A stretch of DNA of 53,651 nucleotides, taken from NCBI GenBank assembly GCA_016195615.1, contig JACPZF010000015.1, positions 1-53,651 on the forward strand. Reading direction: 5' to 3'. Of the stretch, positions 1 to 8,394 are shown piece after piece; the first letter of the stretch is position 1; the number at the start of each line of letters is the position of its first letter. Below the pieces are notes generated by a model. It was not told the DNA's origin, did no database searches, and was given only the letters and a program-made list of their open reading frames with translations. The DNA comes from Candidatus Gottesmanbacteria bacterium (lineage in GTDB: Bacteria; Patescibacteriota; Microgenomatia; JACPZF01). Made by a program: the position numbers and the translations under genes.

Positions 1-623
1 CCTTTTCGGATATAACCAAGATCTAACCCCGAAATTGCATTACAGGCTATTTCAAGAGCATTTATGCCTTTCTCTGGTTCGCTCACATGTGCAGTTTTTC
101 CTGTAATTTTTATAAGTACTCGACAAAAAGAAGGTGCTTTTACGACCACCTGAGTACATGGTCCATTTTCATCAAGAACCAAACCTTCTTTGGCGGTAAG
201 TAGGGAAAAGTCTAAGTTTTTCGCACCAACGAGACCTTTTTCTTCACTTTTGGTAAAAACGAATTCTAACGGCCTTGTTGTTATTTTTCTATCCTTAATG
301 TATCTGACAAATTCCAATAAAACGGTAAGCCCGCTTTTAGGGTCAGCACCGAGAATAGATTTCCCGTTGGCTAGAATAACATCTTCTTTGATTTTATAAT
401 CAAAGTTTTTCATCGGCTCTGGTATGTCCAAGTGGGTGTTAAGTAGCAGTGGTTTGCCGACGCCCGGTAATTGGGCAATAATATTGCCGAATTTGTCGGA
501 CTTTATTTTAAGGTCAAGTTTCTGTAAATATTTTTTGACATAATCGACTATTTCTTTTTCCTGACCCGAAGTTTCATTAATTTTAATTAACTCCAAAAAA
601 GTTTTTAACAATCTTTTTTTCAT
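1..623 (-). CDS. M20/M42-type metallopeptidase, N-terminal part (gene continues beyond window start)
   Basis: Absent from the ORF track because no stop lies in the window. Reverse-strand ATG at 623-621 is preceded by GGAGG (rc of 631-636). The translation MKKRLLKTFLELIKINETSGQEKEIVDYVKKYL...LLLNTHLDIPEP resembles N-termini of M20/M42 aminopeptidases/tripeptidases. Confidence 0.5.
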   Translation of the reverse strand, partial: MKKRLLKTFLELIKINETSGQEKEIVDYVKKYLQKLDLKIKSDKFGNIIAQLPGVGKPLLLNTHLDIPEPMKNFDYKIKEDVILANGKSILGADPKSGLTVLLEFVRYIKDRKITTRPLEFVFTKSEEKGLVGAKNLDFSLLTAKEGLVLDENGPCTQVVVKAPSFCRVLIKITGKTAHVSEPEKGINALEIACNAISGLDLGYIRK

Positions 624-823
624 TTTTCTTCCTCCTGAAAAATAATCGGCGCTTCCACGGAATTGGTGCTGCCGTGTACGGCCGTAAAATTTTGTATATC
701 CGTGGATTTAACCGTGATCGTTGCTAAACCCGATGCCGTTTGTACTACCAAATTTCCATTTATGTCTTGATATGAAAAAGTAAAGGGACTTACGCGCGCA
801 ACAGCTGTTTGTGTCGGAAGTAT

Positions 824-3472
824 TTATTGATAGTAGATACTGCCGGGATCTCTGACAAAAATACCAATTCGTTGTGCGTTGTCATCTCTAATTACCTGTT
901 GAGTTTTATTTATCCTTGTTTTGGTAAATGGAGTATTGGGAACTTTTTTTTGAAGAACAAAAGGTAGGGAACTTTTTCTGGCCAGTTCTATTTTTTCTCT
1001 AGTTACGTCAGTAATTGTTCCTCTGCCGCCCCAATCCAATTGGCCTAAAATCGGATCGGCGACGACTTTTAATATCCATTGCTGGGGATTTTGAAGGGCA
1101 ATTTCAATTTCTTGATCCACATAAGATTGTATTTCTCCATCATAATATAGTTCGGTGGCATAACCCTTTAAAGATAGGAGTGGTATAGTTTTTGCGAAAT
1201 TGGCATTTAGCATATTAATAAATTGGTCTGCTTTTTCTGAAGAAAAGCCATAAATTTTAATAAGGTAATTGCGGTAGTATTCTTGAAAGAAAGGTAGAGT
1301 GAAAATAGCTAAATCATTTTTTCCGTTAATGATTAAACCCGATGCGGGATCGTTAAAAATAAATAAATCCTTATTTTGGCGCCGGTAAATTGCTGTCGCA
1401 GTTTTTGCCATCCTTTCGGCTTGGTTTCTTGCGATATCTTTGATAGTTAAACCCTTATAGCGCGGGTTTGTTGATTTAACACCGACAATATCTGTTATGT
1501 ATAAAGCTCTAAGAAGATTATTTTCTAATATTTCTTCCGGAGAAACAGAAGGGTCCCGACGAAAATTATTAACAAGTGTTTCTAGATTGGTTCTTACCAT
1601 TGATGTCATTTGCTCTTCGTCTACGATTAAGATCTTATTAAGGTTTTTACCTAACAACTTGGCTGCCTGGCGCGGATTTTGCATGAGATTTAAATAATAA
1701 TTCATCGGGTCTTTATAAAAGTTTCCGAGGTATGCAAAATTATAGACAAAACCGTTTTCGATCACTCTAGCGTCTCTGTATTGTTCGGCGAGATCTTCCA
1801 TGGTGACGATTTTTACCTTAATTCCAAATTTTTCCAATTCGTAAGCAAATATTTTGGCATCCTTGATATATTCGCTCCATTCACGAGTAGTAAGGATAGT
1901 TAATCTTTTACGATTGGTAGAAGTGTTTTCAGGTAGGGCAACATTTTGCATGAAATTATTAAATTTACTGGCTAAATCCGAAACACAACCCTCGTAACCG
2001 GCAAATCCGACAAAGGAAATACCAATTGCTCCCGGAGAATCTTCCAACTCTGTTGCGATGTAGGAAACTTGCCCATCTTTTAATACTCTCGTAAAATCTC
2101 CGCGTTCAAAAACGACGGGCGATATAAGTGATGTTGGCAGGACTTCCAGATCTGGTACTGCTTGAGACTTTTTATTTAAAATAATGGCTTTGACACGCCT
2201 TTGTAAATCCGATATTTGATATCCGGTTAGGCCGAGCTTTTCTTTGATAAAAATAAGTTCTACGGGAGGGAAAATTAATTGTTGCAAAACCTGACGGGCT
2301 AAAAATAAGTTTTGGCTAAATTCCCGGAAAAAAGTTTCTTGTGTACAAAAGTACGGTGCTTCGGCAAAAAATTTCCATGGTAGTCCCGCACTTTTATCTC
2401 CCATTTCATCTGCTAACTCTTCGCTTTCGGGGGTCCGATAGAGAACTTCCTCAATACCGTATTTTCGAAGAGCCCATAATTGCCTGTTTTCAATATCTCC
2501 ATAAGTCCATTTACTAACGGTTAGTCCGGTTTCCACGGAGGACATTTTTTCGATACGATCAATTATTTGCGGAATAAGAGTTTCTTCGGATTTGCTCAAA
2601 GGATCAGAGGAAAAAAGCATAGCAGCAGAAAGCATATTGTTCTCTTTTAATATGGCAAACATCGCCGGTGTTAATGCTTTTTCGATAATTTGTCGATAAT
2701 TCTTTTGGGCAAGTAACGATATTTTATCTTCGTTTGTGATACCTTTTCTCAGATTGTTTCTGATCATCGCGTCGGCTTTATCAATAACAACTCGTTTCAG
2801 ATAAGCTAACTTTTTCAAATCTAAATCTGTTAAATTTGCTAAAGTGATTTGGTCGGTTTCTAAAGCTACGCTAGCAAATTCCTGAAGACTCTGATCAGAT
2901 TCTAATAATTTAATTAATGATTTCTTCATAAAGGGAGAAAGTGGTTTATTCAAATATTCTTCATATTTTTTCTTTCCTTTGGAAGTTTTAATTTCTCGTT
3001 TGGCCTGTTGTAAAAATTCATTTCCGTAAAGAGTTAGCGTAGCGTTTAGAGTCTGGTCGTAATTTGCTTGGTTGTTCCTGAGCTGGGCAAATTTTTGTTC
3101 AACTAACTCGTTTTCTAAGGAGATAATCCAGTCCGGTTTTTCTTTTAAGATTCGGGCTTTTCTTAAAGCAGCTTTTGCCCTTTCCATAGCTAAAAACATG
3201 ATTTTTTCCGATGGTTGATAATTTAAAAATGTTTCGGTGTTGTTTTGAAGATTACTAACGGTTTTTAATAAAGCGATTGAGCCTTCTTTCGGCCATTCTA
3301 TAGTTTTGGGTTCCATAAATTTTTTCGCAACCTTTTTTGTTCTGTCAAAAATCCTCATGGTTGGCGGAGGAGTAATTCCCAAGAAAGGCAGAAACAAATT
3401 CGCCTTACTTAAATTATCACAATTAGCGATTGACCAAAAAACCAATTCCAATCTGGCTTGACATGCCAGCAT
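824..3472 (-). CDS. large hypothetical protein (up to 882 aa; start uncertain)
   Basis: Longest ORF in this region, with no family recognised with certainty. The C-terminal third (..QQWILKVVADPILGQLDWGGRG..) is weakly reminiscent of ATP-grasp/glutathionylspermidine-synthase-like folds. An alternative ATG lies at 3358 (MRIFDR..). Confidence 0.6.
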   Translation of the reverse strand: MLACQARLELVFWSIANCDNLSKANLFLPFLGITPPPTMRIFDRTKKVAKKFMEPKTIEWPKEGSIALLKTVSNLQNNTETFLNYQPSEKIMFLAMERAKAALRKARILKEKPDWIISLENELVEQKFAQLRNNQANYDQTLNATLTLYGNEFLQQAKREIKTSKGKKKYEEYLNKPLSPFMKKSLIKLLESDQSLQEFASVALETDQITLANLTDLDLKKLAYLKRVVIDKADAMIRNNLRKGITNEDKISLLAQKNYRQIIEKALTPAMFAILKENNMLSAAMLFSSDPLSKSEETLIPQIIDRIEKMSSVETGLTVSKWTYGDIENRQLWALRKYGIEEVLYRTPESEELADEMGDKSAGLPWKFFAEAPYFCTQETFFREFSQNLFLARQVLQQLIFPPVELIFIKEKLGLTGYQISDLQRRVKAIILNKKSQAVPDLEVLPTSLISPVVFERGDFTRVLKDGQVSYIATELEDSPGAIGISFVGFAGYEGCVSDLASKFNNFMQNVALPENTSTNRKRLTILTTREWSEYIKDAKIFAYELEKFGIKVKIVTMEDLAEQYRDARVIENGFVYNFAYLGNFYKDPMNYYLNLMQNPRQAAKLLGKNLNKILIVDEEQMTSMVRTNLETLVNNFRRDPSVSPEEILENNLLRALYITDIVGVKSTNPRYKGLTIKDIARNQAERMAKTATAIYRRQNKDLFIFNDPASGLIINGKNDLAIFTLPFFQEYYRNYLIKIYGFSSEKADQFINMLNANFAKTIPLLSLKGYATELYYDGEIQSYVDQEIEIALQNPQQWILKVVADPILGQLDWGGRGTITDVTREKIELARKSSLPFVLQKKVPNTPFTKTRINKTQQVIRDDNAQRIGIFVRDPGSIYYQ

Positions 3473-3614
3473 CTCGGTAGAAGTTATTTGCGCCTCTCTC
3501 TGTTACTGTGGATATAGAAGCTGTAGTAATGAAATTACTTTCAACCACTATCGGTATTGCCGGTAACCCAGCATTTAAAAGAACCCTATTTCGAAATTCA
3601 TTTTCTATTGCCAT
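3423..3614 (-). CDS. small hypothetical ORF overlapping the 5' end of the 882-aa ORF
   Basis: 63-aa ORF with a purine-rich SD-like aaggggaa upstream of its ATG. It overlaps the next ORF by 50 nt in another frame, so it is either a coupled small gene or the true N-terminus separated by a frameshift. Confidence 0.25.
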   Translation of the reverse strand: MAIENEFRNRVLLNAGLPAIPIVVESNFITTASISTVTERGANNFYRDAGMSSQIGIGFLVNR

Positions 3615-3630
3615 AATTTCCCCTTTTCCA

Positions 3631-3656
3631 TAAAAAAACCAGCCGTTTTGGCTGGT
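3631..3656 (-). terminator. rho-independent terminator (minus strand)
   Basis: ACCAGCC-aaaac-GGCTGGT stem-loop followed by a T-run on the minus strand, downstream of the 3964-4201 gene. Confidence 0.55.
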
Positions 3657-3826
3657 AGTAATGGATGTTAGATATTAGAGATTAGATGTTAGATTTTAGC
3701 TTTTGCCACTACAATCACCAGCCGTTAGACAGCTGGATGATGATGTAATGAAACAAAAGATAAATTTGTCATGTTTTTCGATTCAAATAGACTTGTAGTG
3801 AAATAAGGTTTTAAAATGCATATTTA

Positions 3827-3912
3827 CGTCATTCTGGTAAGCCGAAATTTATTTCGGCGCATCCAGAATCAGTCCAATTTATTTTAGCGATTCTGGACAA
3901 GCCAGAATGACG
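3827..3912. repeat. nested-palindrome MITE-like element, intergenic copy
   Basis: CGTCATTCTGG..(GCCGAAAT/TTTCGGC hairpin)..TCCAGAATC..GATTCTGGAcaagCCAGAATGACG. The same termini and core recur at 16467-16605, 46069-46125 and 51482-51548. Confidence 0.8.
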
Positions 3913-3963
3913 ATTAAGAATGTTATTTCGCAACAAGTTTAATAAACAGCAGAAATTTTTGAC

Positions 3964-4201
3964 TCATCCCCACAAATCTTGTGATTCTCCAAGTTTTTCA
4001 TCTCCAAATGCTCTTGCAGCGTCATGCGCATCATGCCACGAAGACTCCCCTTCTAATCCGATAGCATCTGCACCAGCGGCATCAGCTGGGGTTTCATGAG
4101 CTACTTTAGCAAGGGCCTCAGCACTATAACGATTACTCACTCCCCCCAATGTCTTCAATTTTTTCGATTATTGCCCTCATCCATTCTGGTGTCATAGTCA
4201 T
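3964..4201 (-). pseudogene. small hypothetical gene split by a G6 tract (22-aa and 64-aa frames)
   Basis: ATG at 4201 sits 9 nt after an extended -10 (TGgTATACT, rc of 4211-4219). It reads MTMTPEWMRAIIEKIEDIGGSE-stop. One G fewer in the G6 run (4142-4147) would join it to the 64-aa track ORF (3964-4158), whose only start is TTG. Confidence 0.35.
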
Positions 4202-4252
4202 AGTAATAGAAGTATACCACACTTGGGTTCTAGATACAAATGCTGTACTTTG

Positions 4253-4645
4253 TCAAAGCGAACTTGTCAGCTTTTTGAAATCTTTATCAAAGCTTAAAAT
4301 CTCAGCATTTCTACTTACTGCCTGACAAAAAAGAAAAGCATCAACGAGATCGATATTCTCAAGCTGATAAATATCTAAGGCCTCTAAAAGGTTTTCCCTT
4401 TCTTCCACTTCAAAATAGGGAACAGAAACGAGTGTTTTTAGATGATGATAAACTTCTAACCTGGGAAGTTCATAATACTTTTCCAAGGCGAAGCAAATTT
4501 CAAAAATGACAATCTGGCACACAACAATGACGATTTCTTTCTTCCTTGCGCCTATAAAATACTTTTCGGCCTGACTCTTTTGTCTGGTGTTTTCCGGAAG
4601 AATAAAGCGTAAAAAAATGTTGGTATCGGCGAAATAAACCTTCAT
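4253..4645 (-). CDS. vapC: PIN-domain toxin (VapC-like)
   Basis: N-terminal MKVYFADTNIFLRF and C-terminal ILSFDKDF are typical PIN acidic motifs. It overlaps the upstream antitoxin gene by 4 nt. Confidence 0.8.
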   Translation of the reverse strand: MKVYFADTNIFLRFILPENTRQKSQAEKYFIGARKKEIVIVVCQIVIFEICFALEKYYELPRLEVYHHLKTLVSVPYFEVEERENLLEALDIYQLENIDLVDAFLFCQAVSRNAEILSFDKDFKKLTSSL

Positions 4646-4887
4646 ATTAGATGACGGGTAGCAAGATGTTTTTCAAATTGCTCTCTGATTTTTTTGGCGG
4701 AGAATTTTTTCTTAGTCTTAATAACTCCTTTAAGAGATAAAAAATCAGCAACCGGTTCAACAATAATTCTTCCGGCATCTCCGGCCCTAACGATTGCCTT
4801 TTGCACGTTGCCGAAGTTGTACTGATTAAGCAGTTTTTTAGGAATGCTTATTTGTCCTTGAGAAGTAATCGATACTAAATAATTCAT
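4642..4887 (-). CDS. vapB: AbrB/SpoVT-type antitoxin (VapB-like)
   Basis: ITSQGQISIPKKL is an AbrB/MazE looped-hinge-helix signature. The gene is 81 aa and translationally coupled to the PIN gene. Confidence 0.75.
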   Translation of the reverse strand: MNYLVSITSQGQISIPKKLLNQYNFGNVQKAIVRAGDAGRIIVEPVADFLSLKGVIKTKKKFSAKKIREQFEKHLATRHLI

Positions 4888-4896
4888 AGTACATTA

Positions 4897-4925
4897 AAAA
4901 TAGCAGTTTGCATTACTTTTGTCAA
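4897..4925 (-). promoter_or_regulatory. sigma70-like promoter of the vapBC pair
   Basis: Minus strand TTGACA (rc 4920-4925), a 17-nt spacer and TATTTT (rc 4897-4902), 9 nt before the ATG at 4887. Confidence 0.5.
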
Positions 4926-4931
4926 GTTCCA

Positions 4932-5657
4932 TTATTTTGCTTTTGTGGGCGTTGGGGTTAGAGATGGAGTAGGAGATGGTGCTTCGGCAAGAATTAAAAT
5001 GCGGCCGGCGGGAAGCAGTTCTTTTCCTTCTTTGGTGACGGTGAGAAAACCATAAACATAAACCAATTGGCCGGCGCTGAATTTGGAGAAGCCGCTTCTG
5101 GTTAATCCTTTTGCTTGATTATAGAGAGAAGTTCTGGTGGTTTGATCAATATCCACGAGATAGTCTTTACTGGAGCTGGAAACCGTGATTTGAAAGTTTT
5201 TTTTGTCGACGTTTTTGATTTTGCCTATTAGGCCCAAGGGAAGCTTCATGGCAACCACCGCTTTGGCTGTCAGAGTATTAGTTGTTGCGTTAAAAGTGCC
5301 CCAAATATAGACCGTTTGACCCAACTTCAAATCGTCGAGCTGAATTTTAGTTTTTTGGAAATCAGAATCAATTTGAGAAAGAGCAGTATTGTCATCTAGA
5401 CTAGCGGTAACTTCATTAGCGCCGGCGCTAAAAATAATTTTTTGGTCAGAGAGAGTTTTAATTTCACCTTTAAAAACCCTCTGGGAGAGGACGTTTAGCT
5501 CGGCGACGCGGGAAGCGAGTTTTTCTTTAAGCTCTTTTATTTTAAGATTAGACGAAGGTGTGGGCGTCATTTCAGCCGCAAAAATACCAGATGTTATGGC
5601 GACAAAAAAAATAAAGATCGTTGATAGTAAAATCGTTTTATTTGGTTTCATAAACAA
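4932..5657 (-). CDS. secreted/membrane-anchored hypothetical protein
   Basis: N-terminal hydrophobic segment (ILLSTIFIFFVAITSGIFA) and a Pro/Thr/Ser-rich C-terminus. No family recognised. Confidence 0.6.
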   Translation of the reverse strand: MFMKPNKTILLSTIFIFFVAITSGIFAAEMTPTPSSNLKIKELKEKLASRVAELNVLSQRVFKGEIKTLSDQKIIFSAGANEVTASLDDNTALSQIDSDFQKTKIQLDDLKLGQTVYIWGTFNATTNTLTAKAVVAMKLPLGLIGKIKNVDKKNFQITVSSSSKDYLVDIDQTTRTSLYNQAKGLTRSGFSKFSAGQLVYVYGFLTVTKEGKELLPAGRILILAEAPSPTPSLTPTPTKAK

Positions 5658-6075
5658 CTGCTAAATTGACTTGCTCTGTTTGGCCGATAGCGCTTATTGC
5701 CGTAACCGAGATATAATTTAACCCTTCATTAAGATTAATTAATTTTTGAAAATTTCCCTCGGCGTCCGTTCTTAGAACTTCGTCCCCGTTAGTAAGAGAA
5801 ATAATGATAAGCGTATTAGGACTAGATTTGCCCGAGAGATTAGGGGTAGCAGTATTAACAATACTTAGATCAGAAGGAGAAGAAATTTCCAAGCTAAAAA
5901 GTTTTTCTTTAAGAGGTGTTGGCGTCGTTGTCGTCTTGATATTTATTACTTTGTTAGTAGGAAGCGACAAAGTAAATTTATGATTTTTAAGAAACCAAAA
6001 AGACGAGGCTGCCAAAACTCCCAAAATAACGCCGAGCACCAAGGCAATAACGGTTTCCATCGTGGTTTTTTCCAT
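5638..6075 (-). CDS. membrane-anchored protein with Ig-like beta-rich ectodomain (hypothetical)
   Basis: One TM helix (VIALVLGVILGVLAASSFWF) followed by a beta-rich domain. The track start at 6090 is GTG inside a palindrome, so ATG 6075 or 6060 is more plausible. Confidence 0.55.
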   Translation of the reverse strand: MEKTTMETVIALVLGVILGVLAASSFWFLKNHKFTLSLPTNKVINIKTTTTPTPLKEKLFSLEISSPSDLSIVNTATPNLSGKSSPNTLIIISLTNGDEVLRTDAEGNFQKLINLNEGLNYISVTAISAIGQTEQVNLAVVYETK

Positions 6076-6088
6076 AAAGGCGTTATTC

Positions 6089-6115
6089 ACTACGCGCGTG
6101 TTAACCGCGCGTAGT
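6089..6115. repeat. 10-bp inverted repeat with TGTTAAC loop between divergent genes
   Basis: ACTACGCGCG-tgttaac-CGCGCGTAGT. The same loop with a different perfect 10-bp stem occurs at 13710-13736. Confidence 0.6.
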
Positions 6116-6139
6116 AAACCTTAGCAACTTTTTTTGCCC

Positions 6140-6168
6140 TTGTCAAGGAAACATACCTATGGTATAAA
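6140..6168 (+). promoter_or_regulatory. promoter with extended -10; probably leaderless transcript
   Basis: TTGTCA (6140-6145), a 17-nt spacer and TGgTATAAA (6160-6168). The ATG at 6179 lies only 10 nt after the -10. Confidence 0.55.
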
Positions 6169-6178
6169 CCAGAGTAAT

Positions 6179-6847
6179 ATGGACATCACATATTTAGGTC
6201 ATTCTTCCTTCAAGATTCGCAGTAAAAACATAAACATCGTGACTGATCCTTATGATCCCGAAATGGTCGGTCTAAAATTTCCCAAAACGGAAGCTGATAT
6301 TGTCACCATCAGCCATCAGCACGGGGATCATAACTATTTAGATCTAGTAACAGGCAGGGTTACTGAGCAGGGTACGAGTGAACCTTTCATCGTTGATGGG
6401 CCAGGAGAATATGAAATAAAAGGCGTCAACATTTTGGGGATATCAACTTTTCACGATAATTCCGGCGGGAGCGAAAGAGGTAAAAATACCATTTATGAAT
6501 TTAGAGTCGAAGGTTTAACCTTAATTCACTGCGGTGATCTGGGGCATAAATTAACCGAGGCGCAAAAAGAAAACTTAAGCGAGCCAGATATTCTTTTTAT
6601 CCCCACAGGTGGCAGCTATACTATTGATCCTATTGTCGCGGGTGAAGTTATTACCCAGCTTGAGCCGAAAATTATTATTCCCATGCATTATCAAACCAGC
6701 GGTTTAAATTCTAAGTTGGCTTCGGAATTAGTTCCAGTAACAGAGTTTTTAAAGGTTATGGGAAAAGGTGAGGTGATACCGCAGGACAAGCTAATAATCA
6801 GTAAAGACAAGCTTCCGGAAGAGACCCAGATCGTAATTCTTAATTAG
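6179..6847 (+). CDS. metallo-beta-lactamase-fold hydrolase (UPF0173-like)
   Basis: MDITYLGHSSFKI.., the HQHGDH motif and the ..IHCGDLGH.. and ..IPMHY.. motifs. The track start 6134 is a TTG upstream of the promoter -10. Confidence 0.75.
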   Translation: MDITYLGHSSFKIRSKNINIVTDPYDPEMVGLKFPKTEADIVTISHQHGDHNYLDLVTGRVTEQGTSEPFIVDGPGEYEIKGVNILGISTFHDNSGGSERGKNTIYEFRVEGLTLIHCGDLGHKLTEAQKENLSEPDILFIPTGGSYTIDPIVAGEVITQLEPKIIIPMHYQTSGLNSKLASELVPVTEFLKVMGKGEVIPQDKLIISKDKLPEETQIVILN

Positions 6848-6879
6848 AAATTAGAAATTAATCATTTTAAATTCTCGTT

Positions 6880-8217
6880 ATGCCAGAGCTTAAAGTTCCC
6901 CCGCATTCTGAAGACGCCGAGATGTCGGTTCTGGGCGCGATATTAATTGACAAAGACGCCATCGTCGAAGTGGCCGGGTTTTTACGGCCGGAACATTTTT
7001 ATAGCGACAATCATCGTCAAATCTACGAGGCGATACTTTCTCTTTATGAAAAGAGAACGCCCATTGACCTTGTCACCTTAAGCGAGGCCTTAAAAAAGAA
7101 AAAGGCCCTTTCTGATGTTGGCGGCGTGGCATATTTGACGACGCTGGCCAACTCGGTGCCGACCGCGGGCAACATCGAACACTACGGCAATATTGTTAAA
7201 AATCATTTTACCAAACGCAAATTGATCGGGGCGGCTGGCAAGATTTCACAGGATGCATTTGACGAAGCGGCGGATGTTAAAGAAGTTCTCGATAAAACAG
7301 AGCAAGCGATTTTTTCCATTTCTCAGGAACATCTAACCCAAGGCTTTATTCCTTTACGAGAGGCCTTAGTGGAAAGTTTCGATCGTCTCGACGAGCTGCA
7401 AAAAAAATCAGGGAAGCTTCGCGGTTTGGCCACGGGATTTAAAGATATTGATAATAAACTGGCGGGATTGCAGCCTTCCAACCTAATTATTCTTGCCTCA
7501 AGGCCGGGTATGGGTAAAACTGCGATGGCGGTAAACATAGCTCACTTTGTCGCCGTCCACGAGAAAAAACCAGTCGGCATTTTTTCTTTGGAGATGAGCA
7601 AAGAAGAGTTAGTTGACAGGCTTTTAGTCCAGCAGGCCGAAATCGACGCCTGGCGCTTAAAAACCGGGAAACTGGAAGAGGCGGATTTTGAGAAACTGCA
7701 AGACGCCATGGGTATTTTAGGCGACGCGCCGATTTTTATTGACGACACGCCGGGTCTTTCGATTATGGAAATTAGAACGAAAGCCAGACGACTTCAAGTC
7801 GAGCATAATCTATCGCTTTTAATTGTTGACTATTTGCAGCTGGCTTTTGCCGGAAAGAACATGGAGAATCGGGTTCAGGAAGTTTCCTACATTTCCCAAA
7901 GCCTAAAAAATCTTGCCCGGGAACTGAAAATTCCGGTTTTAGCTGTATCTCAGCTGTCTCGCGCCGTTGAGGCGAGAGGTACTAAAATTCCCCAGCTGGC
8001 GGATCTGCGCGAATCAGGCGGGATTGAACAGGATGCGGACGTGGTGATGTTTCTCTATCGCGCCGAAGAAGAGGGTGAAAAAATTTCCGAGCAGATACCG
8101 ATTAAGCTTTTAATTGCTAAACATCGAAACGGCCCCACGGGAGAAATAGATTTGATTTTTAGGGGAGATAGAATTAAATTTTATGGGATGGAGAAAAGGA
8201 GGGAGACAAAGAATTAA
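6880..8217 (+). CDS. dnaB: replicative DNA helicase DnaB
   Basis: N-terminal PPHSEDAEMSVLGAIL, Walker A SRPGMGKTA, IVDYLQL and the SQLSRAVE and RESGGIEQDAD motifs. Full length at 445 aa with no intein. Confidence 0.95.
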   Translation: MPELKVPPHSEDAEMSVLGAILIDKDAIVEVAGFLRPEHFYSDNHRQIYEAILSLYEKRTPIDLVTLSEALKKKKALSDVGGVAYLTTLANSVPTAGNIEHYGNIVKNHFTKRKLIGAAGKISQDAFDEAADVKEVLDKTEQAIFSISQEHLTQGFIPLREALVESFDRLDELQKKSGKLRGLATGFKDIDNKLAGLQPSNLIILASRPGMGKTAMAVNIAHFVAVHEKKPVGIFSLEMSKEELVDRLLVQQAEIDAWRLKTGKLEEADFEKLQDAMGILGDAPIFIDDTPGLSIMEIRTKARRLQVEHNLSLLIVDYLQLAFAGKNMENRVQEVSYISQSLKNLARELKIPVLAVSQLSRAVEARGTKIPQLADLRESGGIEQDADVVMFLYRAEEEGEKISEQIPIKLLIAKHRNGPTGEIDLIFRGDRIKFYGMEKRRETKN

Positions 8218-8250
8218 AGTATTAAGGAATCAAGGAATTAAAGTATAAAA

Positions 8251-8272
8251 AAGCCAGGAGGCTTATTTTTTT
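8251..8272 (+). terminator. weak rho-independent terminator after dnaB
   Basis: AAGCC-agga-GGCTT followed by aTTTTTTT. Confidence 0.45.
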
Positions 8273-8313
8273 GTTTGAGGGCGTTTTAAGTTATAATTAA
8301 TCGTGGTAAGCAT

Positions 8314-8394
8314 GCCGAGGTGGTGGAATGTTCAACTGACTGTTTACGAATGTAATGAGTAAATACAGTCAGTTAATCCCGACGATAGTTGGGA
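8314..8394 (+). other. tRNA-like 5' fragment plus two hairpins in the tRNA-Leu leader
   Basis: GCCGAGGTGGTGGAAT (8314-8329) matches the acceptor/D-arm start of class II tRNAs, but no anticodon or T arm follows. Hairpins are AACTGACTG/CAGTCAGTT (8334-8374) and TCCCGAC/GTTGGGA (8377-8394). A TATAAT lies at 8292-8297. Confidence 0.3.

Noticed and set aside
637-823. Inverted repeats (CCACGGA..TCCGTGG with inner GCCGTgtACGGC) in the spacer between the 882-aa ORF and the peptidase gene, considered as a riboswitch or terminator.
   Set aside because: No T-run, no recognisable riboswitch core and only short arms. The evidence is insufficient to call anything.
6134-6178. Upstream TTG/GTG starts chosen by the ORF track for several genes (6134, 8744, 10255, 44718, 45514, 52662 and 53262).
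   Set aside because: In each case an internal ATG gives the conserved N-terminus or signal/prepilin motif and has a promoter, SD or coupling signal. The extension overlaps a neighbouring gene or regulatory element.
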